40,593 nucleotides of DNA from a virus: positions 1 to 40,593 of the IMG/VR virus record IMGVR_UViG_3300045988_115300, one strand, 5' to 3'. Every line of letters begins with the position of its first letter. Position 1 is the stretch's first letter. The translations under genes were made by a program, and so were the position numbers. The notes beneath the pieces were generated by a model. The model did not search any database. It was given only the letters and a program-made list of their open reading frames with translations, and was not told where the DNA came from. Shown in pieces: positions 1 through 9,855 of this stretch.

Positions 1-119
1 GCGGAAGGCTACTTCGTCCGCCGATACGGCAAGGACACCGACCGCACCTTCGTCGCCGGCGACATCGTCAACGTCTACAGCGTGCGCATCGGCATGAGCG
101 CCAAGGACGCGATCGCCGC
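1..119. repeat. Terminal overlap, identical to 40475-40593 (circular closure of the sequence)
   Basis: Base-by-base reading: gcggaaggctacttcgtccgccgatacggc...gacgcgatcgccgc occurs at both ends of the window. Confidence 0.95.
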
Positions 120-195
120 CAACACGGTGCTGCGCTCCAAGGTCAACTTCACCATCAAGGCCCCCGGCTGGGCCGAGAACGTGAAGGTCTCCTGA
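1..195 (+). CDS. Major tail protein, C-terminal part (gene starts at 40151 and crosses the circular junction)
   Basis: Frame 1 reads AEGYFVRRYGKDTDRTFVAGDIVNVYSVRIGMSAKD...NVKVS and stops at TGA 193-195. 40151-40474 plus 1-195 is 519 nt, in frame (172 aa). It sits between the tail-terminator-like gene and the tail chaperones. Confidence 0.75.
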   Translation, partial: AEGYFVRRYGKDTDRTFVAGDIVNVYSVRIGMSAKDAIAANTVLRSKVNFTIKAPGWAENVKVS

Positions 196-301
196 CAATT
201 CTTCCCGCGTCGGACTTTGTTCCCTTCGCCGACGCGGGAACCTCTCAAATTCTTCGCAAAGGAACACCAACACAGGACTTTTTACGGAGCGAAGGAACAT
301 C

Positions 302-823
302 ATGCTCAAAGTGACACGCAAGACCAAACAGGTCGACATCATCCTCGACCAGGAGCTCGCCGAACGCATCGCCATGCTCGGAGACCAGCTCGCCCGCGAA
401 CTCACCGCGGAACAGGTCACCGAGGCCGGCGCCAACAACGCCGCCAAACGCACCGCCAAACGCATCGAGGAATTGAGGAAGCAGGCCGAGGCAAGCACAC
501 TCGTCATCACCCTGCGCGCCATGGGCGTGAGCAAATGGGCCCAGACCCTCGCCGCCAACACCGTCACCAACGGCGCCACCGCCGGAACCCGCGACATGTT
601 CGGCACCGCCGCCACCGCACTGCCGCAGATGATCGAGACGGCCACCATCGGAGGCAAGCCCGTCGACGACGCCGACCTCACCAAAGACGCCCTGCTCACC
701 CTGTTCGACGAAATGACCGACGGACAATTCACACCGCTCTGGCACGCCATCAACGAGCTCAACGGAACCGTCGCCGACCCAAAAGCCGCATTCGACCTAG
801 CCTCGAAGGTTCTCCACGGCTGA
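302..823 (+). CDS. Tail assembly chaperone (gpG-like)
   Basis: 173-aa acidic ORF directly upstream of the tape measure gene, carrying a slippery site near its 3' end. Confidence 0.8.
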   Translation: MLKVTRKTKQVDIILDQELAERIAMLGDQLARELTAEQVTEAGANNAAKRTAKRIEELRKQAEASTLVITLRAMGVSKWAQTLAANTVTNGATAGTRDMFGTAATALPQMIETATIGGKPVDDADLTKDALLTLFDEMTDGQFTPLWHAINELNGTVADPKAAFDLASKVLHG

Positions 824-1185
824 TCGAGGACCTCAGAATCTGCCGCCAGCTCGGCATCAGCTACAAACGCTGGATGGGCTGGACACCAACCACCACCATC
901 CAACGCGACAGCCACCGCCGCATCACCGGCTACCAGGCCGAACCCGAATGGGACGAGACCGAACGCGACTGGATGCGAGCCCTCAACGACTACGAGCAGA
1001 CCCTCTGCCCACTGTGCGGATTGCCGCGAGACATCTGCCAGTCACCCGACGCGGAATTCAAACTCCACGCCGAAACCAGCATCTGCTGGGCCTCCACACA
1101 CATGCAGGAAGCCATGCGCAGATGGCAGAAAGCCAACAAGGACAGTCCCGCCAGAGACTCGCTCGTCGCACACCTCACCGACTGA
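302..1185 (+). CDS. Tail assembly chaperone, frameshift-extended product (gpGT-like; -1 shift at 778-784)
   Basis: The -1 frame ORF ends at 1185, 12 nt before the tape measure ATG. This is the conserved G/GT arrangement of siphoviruses. Confidence 0.65.
778..784 (+). promoter_or_regulatory. -1 programmed ribosomal frameshift heptamer C_CCA_AAA
   Basis: CCCAAAA fits X_XXY_YYZ in the 302 frame (codons CCA 779-781, AAA 782-784). The -1 frame stays open to 1185 (PKSRIRPSLEGSPRLIEDL...). Confidence 0.7.
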
Positions 1186-1197
1186 AAAGGAGGGGAA

Positions 1198-4100
1198 ATG
1201 GCCGACAACAAGAACATCGTCGTCCGACTCATGGCCGACACCTCGCAATACGAGACCGCGCTCGCCAAAGCCGGCAAAAGCACCGAGGAACTCGCCGGAG
1301 GACTCGAGAAATCCGGCAGCAAGACCGGCATCGTCACCAAAGGCATCACCGCCGCCGGACTCGCCGTCGCCGCCTTCGGCGTCGCCTCCGTCAAAATGGC
1401 CGCCGACTTCGACGAGCAGATGAGCACCGTCCAGGCCAACAGCGGCGCCACCACCGCCCAACTCGGCCAACTCCGCGAAGCCGCCCTGCAGGCCGGCGCC
1501 TCCACGGTATACACGGCATCCGAATCGGCTGGAGCCATCAACGACCTGGCCAAGGCCGGCATGAGCGTCTCCGACATCCTCTCCGGCGGCCTCACCGCAT
1601 CCCTCAACCTCGCCGCCGCAGGCCAGATGGACGTCGGAAACGCCGCCGAATACATGAGCCAAGCCTTGACGATGTTCCACCTGTCCGGCAAGAACGCGGC
1701 CAGCACCGCCGACGCGCTCGCCGCAGGCGCGGACAAGGCCGTCGGCAACGTGTCCGACTTCGGCGACGCCCTCAACAACTGCGGCGTAATGGCCAACAGC
1801 TTCGGCATGAACCTGCAGGAGACCGTCGGCGTGCTCGGACTCTTCGCCCAGAACGGCATCGTCGGCGCCGAGGCCGGCACCCAGCTCAACTCCATGCTCA
1901 TGCGCCTCGCACACCCCGCGAGCGACGCCGAAGGCACCATGAAGGAACTCGGCATCAGCACCCACGACGCCTCCGGCAAATTCGTCGGCATGGCCAACCT
2001 CGCCGGACAGCTGCACGACAAGCTCGGCAAACTCACCGACCAGCAGCGCCAGGAAGCCGAAGCCACCATCTTCGGCTCGTATGCCATCAAAGGCGCCGGC
2101 ATCATCATGGACGCCGGCAAACAAGGCGTAGAGGACTGGACCAAAGCCGTCTCCGACAGCGGATTCGCCGCCCAACAGGCCTCCAACAAGACCAACAACC
2201 TCAAAGGCGACCTCAAAATGCTCGAGAGCGCCACCCAATCCGCCATGACCAAGATCGGCGAGGGCGCGCAAGGGCCGCTCCGCAAATTCACCCAGGGCCT
2301 GACCGACCTCATCACCGACTTCGGCAACCTCCCCGCCGGAGTCCAACAGGCAATCGTCCTCGGAGCAAGCCTCACCGGCATCCTCGCCGGACTCCACAAG
2401 GCCGTCACACCACTCAACACCAGCACCAGCGCCGCAGCCCAAGCCTTCGGCCTGCTCGTCGACCCCATCCAACGCATCGCCATAGCCGGACCACAACTCA
2501 AAAGCGCCTTCACCGACATCACCACCGCCATCAAAGGCACCGACACCGCCGCCATGGCCGACGGACTCACCCGCACCCAAATCGCAGCCCGAGGCCTCCG
2601 CGGAGGACTCTCCGGCATCGTCACACTCCTCGGCGGCCCGTGGGGCATCGCTTTGACTGTCGCCGGTGCCGCGCTTGCCGCATTCGCCAGCGCTCAGCAG
2701 AAGGCCAAGGAGGCGCAGGACGAGCTCAAGACGAGCATCGAGTCCAGCAGCAACATCGCCGAGACCATCGCCGACCATTTCCAGAATTTGAAGATCGGCG
2801 GCGAGGACGCGTCCAAGGCCATGAAGGAGATGGGCGTCAACCTCACCGACGTGACCAGCAGCGCCATGGGCAACGGCACCGCCATGCAGAAGGTCAAGGA
2901 CGCGCTCGAGGAGTACGTCCAGGCCGCTGGGGACGACACCTCCGAGATGTCGAGGCGCCGCGCCGTGGCTGACGACCTCACGTCCGAAATCAACAAGGAG
3001 TCCAAGGCCTACAAGGAAGCGTCCGACAAGGTCAAGGAAAAGACGAAGGCCGCGAATGATGCCGTAGGCGCCGATGGCAAGAGCGCCTCCTCCGCCAAGC
3101 AGGCCGCCAGCGCCAACAAGGATCTCGGAAGCAGCGCCAAGGACGCGGCCGAGGAAATCGACGGACTCGTCAAATCGCTCTTCGGCCTGGAATCCAATAA
3201 CCTCACCGCCGACGAGGCGGTCGACCAGCTCAACCAGAAGATCGGCCAGCTGTCGGACACCTGCAAGGACAATGGTGTGGTCTTCGACCAGAACGGCAAC
3301 CTGCTCGACAAATTCTCCGAGAAAGGCACGAAGACCAAGCAGGCTCTCGAGGACATCGCCAGCAGCGCGCAGAACGCCGCCGAGAAGATCCTCAAGCAGG
3401 GCGAGAACACCAACTTCAGCAACGGCGAGATCGACCGGGCGAACGGCGTACTCGCCGACGCCCGCGATGCCCTCATCAGGCAGGCCGAGGCGTCCGGCAT
3501 GGGGGAGAAGGCCGCCAACGATCTCGCCGACCGGTGGGGACTGAGCTCCGACAGCATCAAGGCCGCTATTGAGAGCATCAAGCTGACCTCGGATAACAGC
3601 AAGGCGAAGCTCGACGTCGACGATTCCAAGGCCAAGAAGAAGACCAAGGACGCCAAGATGAGCCTTGGCAAATTCCACGAGGTCGATGCGAAGGCCACGC
3701 TGGACGCCGACGCGAAGAAGGCCACCGCCAGCGCCAAGAAGGCGCAGAAGATGATGGACGACTTCAACAAGAAGCACGTCAAGGCCACACTGGATGCGAC
3801 CGACAAGGCGTCCAAGAAAGTCAAGACCGCCTCCGCGAACGTCAACAAGTTCAACGGCAAGAAAGCCACGGCCAGACTCGACGCGAAGGACAACGCATCG
3901 CCGAAGGTCGACAAGGCCAACTCCAAGAAACTGACCAACAAGCGCAACACGCTCAACTCCACCGACATCGCGTCGCAGATAGTGAAACGCGCGAACGCGC
4001 AGAAGCTGGCGAACAAGAAGAACACCTTGGGTTCGACCGACAAGGCCGGGCCGAAGGTCGACGCCGTCAACGCGAAGAAGCTGAAGGACAAGAGGTCCAC

Positions 4101-4614
4101 TGCCTCGGTCAACGACCAGGCCACGCCGGTGCTGCGGTCCATCAACAATTTCAGGATCGCGGACAAGTCCTTCACCGTGACGGAACACACGAATAAGGAC
4201 GGCGGCTACACCGGCGGCATGTTCACCGACGGCACGTTCCGGCATTTCGCCGGCGGCGGCATGTTCAGCGGCTATGTGGATCCGGTCTGGGCGGCGGGGA
4301 ACTCGCTGAGCGATTCCGTGCAGCTCCTCAACGCCAGACTCGCCAGCGGCGAATACGTCGAAAACGCCGCCGCCACGACCTACTACGGCGTCGAGAACAT
4401 GCGCCTGCTGAACGAACGGAAGATCCCGCGCGAAGCATTCGCGACAAGCCGTGGCATGCCGGACGTCAACGTGTCGGTGGACACGGGCGCCGTGGTCGCG
4501 GCGATCACCAGCCTGCACAACGACCTCGGCGCGATCATCAGCGCTTCGGCCGACACGGCATCCATCAGCGACCGAGATCTAGGGAGGCTGATCCGAAGAC
4601 ATGCGAGAGCTTAG
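1198..4614 (+). CDS. Tail tape measure protein
   Basis: 1138 aa. AAAGGAGG precedes the ATG. The sequence is Ala/Lys/Asp-rich and coiled-coil-like, with lysine-rich repeats near the C-terminal third. Position after G/GT. Confidence 0.9.
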   Translation: MADNKNIVVRLMADTSQYETALAKAGKSTEELAGGLEKSGSKTGIVTKGITAAGLAVAAFGVASVKMAADFDEQMSTVQANSGATTAQLGQLREAALQAGASTVYTASESAGAINDLAKAGMSVSDILSGGLTASLNLAAAGQMDVGNAAEYMSQALTMFHLSGKNAASTADALAAGADKAVGNVSDFGDALNNCGVMANSFGMNLQETVGVLGLFAQNGIVGAEAGTQLNSMLMRLAHPASDAEGTMKELGISTHDASGKFVGMANLAGQLHDKLGKLTDQQRQEAEATIFGSYAIKGAGIIMDAGKQGVEDWTKAVSDSGFAAQQASNKTNNLKGDLKMLESATQSAMTKIGEGAQGPLRKFTQGLTDLITDFGNLPAGVQQAIVLGASLTGILAGLHKAVTPLNTSTSAAAQAFGLLVDPIQRIAIAGPQLKSAFTDITTAIKGTDTAAMADGLTRTQIAARGLRGGLSGIVTLLGGPWGIALTVAGAALAAFASAQQKAKEAQDELKTSIESSSNIAETIADHFQNLKIGGEDASKAMKEMGVNLTDVTSSAMGNGTAMQKVKDALEEYVQAAGDDTSEMSRRRAVADDLTSEINKESKAYKEASDKVKEKTKAANDAVGADGKSASSAKQAASANKDLGSSAKDAAEEIDGLVKSLFGLESNNLTADEAVDQLNQKIGQLSDTCKDNGVVFDQNGNLLDKFSEKGTKTKQALEDIASSAQNAAEKILKQGENTNFSNGEIDRANGVLADARDALIRQAEASGMGEKAANDLADRWGLSSDSIKAAIESIKLTSDNSKAKLDVDDSKAKKKTKDAKMSLGKFHEVDAKATLDADAKKATASAKKAQKMMDDFNKKHVKATLDATDKASKKVKTASANVNKFNGKKATARLDAKDNASPKVDKANSKKLTNKRNTLNSTDIASQIVKRANAQKLANKKNTLGSTDKAGPKVDAVNAKKLKDKRSTASVNDQATPVLRSINNFRIADKSFTVTEHTNKDGGYTGGMFTDGTFRHFAGGGMFSGYVDPVWAAGNSLSDSVQLLNARLASGEYVENAAATTYYGVENMRLLNERKIPREAFATSRGMPDVNVSVDTGAVVAAITSLHNDLGAIISASADTASISDRDLGRLIRRHARA

Positions 4615-5443
4615 CTACCGCGCCCACGACGGGCGGACCATCGACCTCGCCGGAGACGAGCTGTGGGTGGCTGACCTGCAGGACATGCGCGCGAATGTAT
4701 GGACATACACCCTGACCACACGCGGAATCAGGGGAGTGAGCAGGTCGGCCATCACATCCAAGATGACCATCCGAACCAAACAGCCAAAGCTCCTGGACGA
4801 CGCGTGTGCGCTGTTCGACATGGACATGCAGACGCAACGGCCGGGAACGATCGTCGTCAACAGAGAATGGTCGCAGCGCGCCTATATCGTCGCATCCAGC
4901 CTTGGCATGCTGCCGATGCCCGACTATGCGCAGGTCGACTGCACGGTGGTCCTGTGCGACGGACTGTGGCGCAAGACCCTGCCGACACAGCATTTCTTCC
5001 CGACGGCGGCCGGCACCGGCTCACAGCTCGACCTGCCCACCGACCTGCCCACCGACCTCGGCGCGTCCAGGATCGCGATGCTCGTGTCCAATCCGGGAGT
5101 GCAGCCCGCGGAATTCACCGCGACCATCTTCGGCCCCTGTTCGGATCCAGCATTCACCATCGGCTCCAACGTGTACAAGGTCTCCGACGTGGCCGTGCCA
5201 TCCGGAGGGTACATCGCACTGTCGGCCACCGGACTGGAAAAGAGCATCAAGCTCGTCGCGGCAAACGGCGACGTCACCAACATCTTCTCCCATGGTCAGC
5301 GAGGCAGCGGAACCGGCGGCGGAAAATACATTTTCGAGCCGATACCGGCAGGGGATAGCCTTTTGGAGATCTCATCCAACTTCGGCATCGATCTGACCAT
5401 CTACCAGCAATCCGGAGGCGTGCCATGGTCGACGTTATCTTAG
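4601..5443 (+). CDS. Distal tail protein (Dit-like)
   Basis: 280 aa, overlaps the tape measure stop by 14 nt. Position is typical for Dit. Confidence 0.65.
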   Translation: MRELSYRAHDGRTIDLAGDELWVADLQDMRANVWTYTLTTRGIRGVSRSAITSKMTIRTKQPKLLDDACALFDMDMQTQRPGTIVVNREWSQRAYIVASSLGMLPMPDYAQVDCTVVLCDGLWRKTLPTQHFFPTAAGTGSQLDLPTDLPTDLGASRIAMLVSNPGVQPAEFTATIFGPCSDPAFTIGSNVYKVSDVAVPSGGYIALSATGLEKSIKLVAANGDVTNIFSHGQRGSGTGGGKYIFEPIPAGDSLLEISSNFGIDLTIYQQSGGVPWSTLS

Positions 5444-6426
5444 CCGATGCCAGCCTTAAGCCTTGCGCCAGCGTCTCGGACGTGACCCTCGACTGGGCGT
5501 CTGGCGCTGACGAGAACGATTTCGAGCTGACGATCGCCGGCCATGCTCCGACTCCGGCATGTGGCTGGTGGTGGTGGATCGACGGAACCGAGATAGGCGG
5601 CCGCATCGACGACGTCCGCACCACCGTCACGTCCGGAGTGTCCGAGACGACGTGGCTTGGCCGTACGTGGACCGGCCTCCTCGCGTCCAAGATCATCAGA
5701 CCGGACAGCGGCAAGGACTACCTCACCGTGTCCGGCAGACTGCCTGACGTCGTCAAAACCATCGTGCGACGCATCGGACTGGATTCCGTGTTCGCCGTCA
5801 AGTCCGACGACCAGAGCACTGTCACCGATTTCGTCTTCAAGGATCCGCGCTATGTGGACGCATACACCGGATTGCGGAATCTGCTCTCATCCTGTGGCCG
5901 ACGACTTGACATCAACGTCGCGGACGACCGGATCCTGCTAGGCATCACACCGGTGGAGAGCTTGGAAAACACCGTCGACTCGGACGTCGTGGACTTCAAG
6001 GCCGAGACCAAACATCGCACGGTCAACCACATCATCGGCCTCGGAGAGCAGGACCTCAAGAACCGGTACGTCAGCGAATGGTATGCGGACAGGCGCGGCA
6101 ACGTAACGCGCAAGCAAACGCTTACCGGCGCGGACGAGATCTGCGAGATCTACGATTATTCCGCGGCCGAGCAGAAGACATTGGACGACAACACGCAGAA
6201 GCGACTGCAGGAGCTGCAGACCGGAGGCGCGGTGGACGTGACGCTCTCGGAATCAATCGGAGAAAGGCTGAGAGTCGACGACATCGTCACCGCGTCAGAC
6301 CACAACACCGGATTAAGTGTGACCGCGAAGGTCACCAAACGCATCATCAAGATCTCGGACGGCATCATGACCACCTCATGCGAGGTCGGCCAAAGCGTCG
6401 TCAAAGAGACGATCTCAGGAAGGTGA
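5425..6426 (+). CDS. Tail-associated / baseplate hub-like minor tail protein (Tal-like)
   Basis: 333 aa, overlaps the upstream gene, second gene after the tape measure. Function is called from synteny. Confidence 0.6.
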   Translation: MVDVILADASLKPCASVSDVTLDWASGADENDFELTIAGHAPTPACGWWWWIDGTEIGGRIDDVRTTVTSGVSETTWLGRTWTGLLASKIIRPDSGKDYLTVSGRLPDVVKTIVRRIGLDSVFAVKSDDQSTVTDFVFKDPRYVDAYTGLRNLLSSCGRRLDINVADDRILLGITPVESLENTVDSDVVDFKAETKHRTVNHIIGLGEQDLKNRYVSEWYADRRGNVTRKQTLTGADEICEIYDYSAAEQKTLDDNTQKRLQELQTGGAVDVTLSESIGERLRVDDIVTASDHNTGLSVTAKVTKRIIKISDGIMTTSCEVGQSVVKETISGR

Positions 6427-6432
6427 GGAAAA

Positions 6433-7227
6433 ATGACCATCGAACTAGTCGACGGCAAGGCCGGCGTCGAGCATATCTCAAGCGAGGACAAGGCCATCAT
6501 CCATCAGGCAAAATTCGGCAAATCCGACATGGTGTTCGACTGGGGCGACGCGTTCAAATGCTCGATGAGTTCGTCCAACAGGGCGACGATCGGCACCGGC
6601 TGCGCGTCGATCCAGGGCTTGGACTGGCATATCACGGCGGCGGAATCGGTGACGATCTCCAACGGGTCGCAGGGTATGAAACGCAATGACATCATTTGCG
6701 CGCATTACCATCGAGATTCCGAGACCGGTAATGAGCTGGTGGAATTGGTCGTGCTGAAGGGTTCGCCGAATGCGACTGCCGCCGCTGACCCGAAGGTTCC
6801 GTCAGGGAAGATATTGTCCGGCGCGGTTGACGCGTACATGCCTCTCTGGCGTATTCCGTTGGATGGCATCACGGTCGGTACGCCGGTGCGCCTATTCACG
6901 CCGAGGGGGGCTTTGTGGGATTCCGTAACCCAGACTTTGATTAAATCGCAGTATGGCACCGTGACCGGCGTGAAGTCTGGCAAGATCGCGCAGATTAGCA
7001 TCAACTGGAAAAGCGCGAGCACTGACTCGTGGGGCAGTGGACAGTTCGGTACAATTCCGGAGGGTTGGAGGCCTGCGGTCGTCACGCATGGTACGTGGTC
7101 GGGGCGTGATGGTGGCAGCCAGCGTGATTTCATTCTGGAAACGAATGGCAATTTCCGTTATGCCAATTGTGGCGCGGTGCAGAACGGCGACACGTTCTCC
7201 GGGACGATGACCTACATTCTCGCCTGA
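6433..7227 (+). CDS. Minor tail protein, receptor-binding-protein-like
   Basis: 264 aa; GGTGAGGAAAAATG start context. The C-terminal half is visibly more A+T-rich than the flanks, as expected for an exchangeable head domain. Confidence 0.6.
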   Translation: MTIELVDGKAGVEHISSEDKAIIHQAKFGKSDMVFDWGDAFKCSMSSSNRATIGTGCASIQGLDWHITAAESVTISNGSQGMKRNDIICAHYHRDSETGNELVELVVLKGSPNATAAADPKVPSGKILSGAVDAYMPLWRIPLDGITVGTPVRLFTPRGALWDSVTQTLIKSQYGTVTGVKSGKIAQISINWKSASTDSWGSGQFGTIPEGWRPAVVTHGTWSGRDGGSQRDFILETNGNFRYANCGAVQNGDTFSGTMTYILA

Positions 7228-7329
7228 ATAGCTTTCCGTACGGTCATCCGCACCGGCATGATGCCGGTCAAATACTCCGGTTCCTTCGCTGGAGACAGCT
7301 GGAGCAGCGTGCAATGCGAATATGTACTG

Positions 7330-7721
7330 CCGACCGACTCGCAGCGGCGCAGTCCCGCGCACACGGACACCAATAGCCATGCTTCGAGCGGGTGCCCGTA
7401 GAAGCCTTTCAATAGTCGTCGGACTTCCGGCTCATAGTGCCGTAGGTGTGGCAGGCGTATCTCCCGCCTGGTCACATCGTTGTCCGTCACGCCACGCCGA
7501 AAAGCAAGACGCATCACAGCACGAAACACCGCCCAAGACTTCCGAGCCGCGCCAGCCCTGTCAAAGGACCACAGCCATGACTCCACACCATCCACCGTGA
7601 CCGAATCCAAATCAACACCACTCCACCGAGGCAAAACATGACATCTCAAAGCACTCTCATAACCAACCCTCGTACACTCACGCAACCCCGCGCAAGCCGG
7701 CCGCCAAACCTCATCGACAAA
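7330..7721 (-). pseudogene. Truncated tyrosine recombinase (integrase/invertase) fragment
   Basis: The minus-strand ORF 7212-7874 reads ...YESALRCHVLPRWSGVDLDSVTVDGVESWLWSF...AVFRAVMRLAFRRGVTDNDV...LEAWLLVSVCAGLRRCE. This is the N-terminal SAM-like domain plus the first catalytic Arg box. The similarity then stops; there is no HxxR/Tyr region and no convincing start or RBS. Confidence 0.55.
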
Positions 7722-7843
7722 CACGCCAAACAACAACACAAACACCTTCCAAAAAAGCGAAAAACCCACAAAACCAGCAACGCCCATACGGCGCTCGCCG
7801 ATGCGGGATTTTCTCAAACACAACACTAGTGACAGGAGGAAAA

Positions 7844-8239
7844 ATGACACAGGTGAAATTCGATTTCGGCGCACTCACGACAAGTGGAGTCGCCGACCTC
7901 GCCAACGACCCGATCAGCATCACGCCCACAAGCCGCTTCGCCACCGCCGCCAAAAAGATCGTGGTCGACGAACCGCTCAAGACAGCGCTCGACCAGCACG
8001 GCACCATCACGCTGAATCTTCCGCCGACCGGAAAGGACTGGGCCTACCAGCTGCATGTCGGCGCCGGAACACAGCACGAATTCAAGGTCACCTTCGACGT
8101 GCCAGACAGCGCCAATCCAGTCAACTTCGCCGACCTCGTCACCGTCGACCCGGCCACGCTGATTCCGAACGCGGGGAATCCGCTGTCCGACATCGACCAA
8201 TCCGACATCGACTGGGCCGTCGATGCCATCAACGCCTGA
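7844..8239 (+). CDS. Hypothetical tail-fibre-associated protein
   Basis: 131 aa; GACAGGAGGAAAAATG RBS and start; directly upstream of the DGR target gene. Confidence 0.6.
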   Translation: MTQVKFDFGALTTSGVADLANDPISITPTSRFATAAKKIVVDEPLKTALDQHGTITLNLPPTGKDWAYQLHVGAGTQHEFKVTFDVPDSANPVNFADLVTVDPATLIPNAGNPLSDIDQSDIDWAVDAINA

Positions 8240-8255
8240 GCAGGAAGGAACGCAA

Positions 8256-9827
8256 ATGGCAAATGCAGACAAAGTGATCCGTCTGGGCGATTACGTCCAG
8301 CTGGAACGCGCGCAGAAAAACGCGAATGGATCCAGATTCGCCTACGACGCGGCCAAGAAGGTCGTGTCGAATGTGCGCGAGTATTTCGACGCGCATCGTG
8401 ACGGGCGCACGTATGGCGTGCGTTTCCCGCTCTACTCGTTTTCCAATTCGCCGGACGGCGTGAAGGTCGGCGACAATGCCGGCCTGACCGTCGTGCCAAG
8501 CTCGAATTATCGTGCCGGACGTGATGATTACGCTGGTTTGAGCGCGTTCCGCGTGTTCGACGCTAACGTTGCGGTGGCCGATGATGGCACGCCGGTCGTG
8601 AAGGCCATCAAGGGCTTGGCTGGCAATTACGCGAAGGACGGGTCGAATGGCGACGTGTTCGTCATCACCACTCCCGGCTTCTACCGGTTCGAGTTCGACA
8701 CGAACCATTGCACCATCTGGTATTCGGACACGCAGTACGACGGCTATTCGCCGATGCCGGGCGCGCTGCTGCCGGACGGGTCTCTCCGCCCGTGCATGGC
8801 GTACGCGAAATACCCGCTGTCCAATTACGGCGGCAAGGCCGCGTCCGTCTCGGGTCAGATTCCGGCCTCCATGAGCGAACAAGGCTCCGTGGCCGTAACC
8901 ACCAGCAAAGGCAAGGGCTACAGCGGAAAGACTTCCGCCGACACGTTCTACATGCAGCTCATGCACATGCTCAAATACGCGGCCAAGGACATCGAACGCC
9001 ACTTGGGCGGCGACTTCAACGGTTCCGGCCAGGTCAACGTCAGCAAGGCCGAAACCAACGTCACGCGCGCACTGGTCAAGGCCACTGACGCGGCAGGCAT
9101 CGACCTCGGCTCCTATGTGAGCGTCGGCACCGGCACTGACCGTGGAGACAACAAGACCGGCGAGGCGGCGGCATACCGCAAGGTCATTTCCAAGACCGTC
9201 GTGGACACGGCCACCACCGCGATCAACGTGTCCGGCGCGGCCTTCACCACCACGACGGCCATGCATGTCACCCAAATGCCGTACCTGACCGGTTCGACGG
9301 ACGGCGTGCTCGGCAACGACGGCATCCCCCGCGAGGATGTGTCCAAAACCCATCAGCCGATCAAGCTCCAGGGCATCGAACTGTTCGCCGGAATCTACGA
9401 GACCGAGGGCGACATCATCCTGAAGAACGTGAAGGAGTCGGACACTTCCGGCCATACCGAAGTGTGGAAGGTGTTCGACACCACCAAGGCGAGCGGCACC
9501 GCCATCACCGCCGACTACGTGCATGTGGGCGACTATCCAGCCGTCAACGACAAGACCGACAACCAGTGGCAGTGGCAGACCGACTTCGTTGAGAAGCACG
9601 GATTCCTGCTGCCTACCGGCGTGGGCGCGACAAGCACCAGCGGTCTGACCGACGCGCTGATCATCAACCCGATCTCCGCTCCGGGACTGCATGAGTTGCG
9701 GCGCGGTGGCTATCTCGGGGGCGGCTCGCCCTGTGGGTTGTTCTGCGCGGGCGGCGGGGACGCTCTGTCGAGCGCTTGGTGGTACTACGGCGGTCGCCTA
9801 TCCATTCTTGGCCGCACGCACGCCTAG
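8256..9827 (+). CDS. DGR target protein (putative tail fibre/adhesin with C-terminal variable region)
   Basis: 523 aa from ATG 8256 (GGAAGGAACGCAAATG). The C-terminus ...ELRRGGYLGGGSPCGLFCAGGGDALSSAWWYYGGRLSILGRTHA contains the VR. Confidence 0.85.
   Translation: MANADKVIRLGDYVQLERAQKNANGSRFAYDAAKKVVSNVREYFDAHRDGRTYGVRFPLYSFSNSPDGVKVGDNAGLTVVPSSNYRAGRDDYAGLSAFRVFDANVAVADDGTPVVKAIKGLAGNYAKDGSNGDVFVITTPGFYRFEFDTNHCTIWYSDTQYDGYSPMPGALLPDGSLRPCMAYAKYPLSNYGGKAASVSGQIPASMSEQGSVAVTTSKGKGYSGKTSADTFYMQLMHMLKYAAKDIERHLGGDFNGSGQVNVSKAETNVTRALVKATDAAGIDLGSYVSVGTGTDRGDNKTGEAAAYRKVISKTVVDTATTAINVSGAAFTTTTAMHVTQMPYLTGSTDGVLGNDGIPREDVSKTHQPIKLQGIELFAGIYETEGDIILKNVKESDTSGHTEVWKVFDTTKASGTAITADYVHVGDYPAVNDKTDNQWQWQTDFVEKHGFLLPTGVGATSTSGLTDALIINPISAPGLHELRRGGYLGGGSPCGLFCAGGGDALSSAWWYYGGRLSILGRTHA
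9696..9801 (+). repeat. DGR variable region (VR)
   Basis: Aligns without gaps to 9943-10048 (offset +247): 93/106 identical, with 12 of the 13 mismatches opposite TR adenines. Confidence 0.85.
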
Positions 9828-9855
9828 TGCGGGCGGTTGGGGGTGAGCGCCAGCG

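Noticed and set aside
1-119. The 119-bp end duplication as a biological direct terminal repeat
   Set aside because: It lies inside a coding sequence that becomes a single in-frame ORF when the copies are merged. A separate cos-like region exists next to the terminase genes. It is most simply a circular-assembly overlap.
217-1185. 322-aa ORF starting at 217
   Set aside because: Its first roughly 190 codons are an Arg/His-rich shadow of the gpG-like gene. Only the part downstream of the slippery site (784-1185) is real, read through a -1 frameshift from the 302 frame.
1042-4518. Very long antisense or out-of-frame ORFs across the tape measure gene (1042-4518 minus strand, 1158 aa; 948-2972 plus strand; 990-2648 minus strand; 3009-4190 minus strand)
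   Set aside because: These are typical high-G+C shadow ORFs. Their translations are Arg/Gly/Pro/His-rich low-complexity strings with no starts or RBS, and they lie entirely within a well-supported + strand gene.
5029-5060. Short tandem repeat (CTGCCCACCGAC x2, encoding LPTDLPTD) in the Dit-like gene, considered as a possible repeat array
   Set aside because: Only two in-frame copies within a CDS. No CRISPR-like or satellite structure was seen anywhere in the window.
7247-7270. Hairpin ACCGGC-ATGAT-GCCGGT just after the RBP-like gene, considered as a terminator or recombination site
   Set aside because: There is no T-run on either strand, and I found no matching inverted copy elsewhere in the tail region by eye. 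The evidence is too weak to call.
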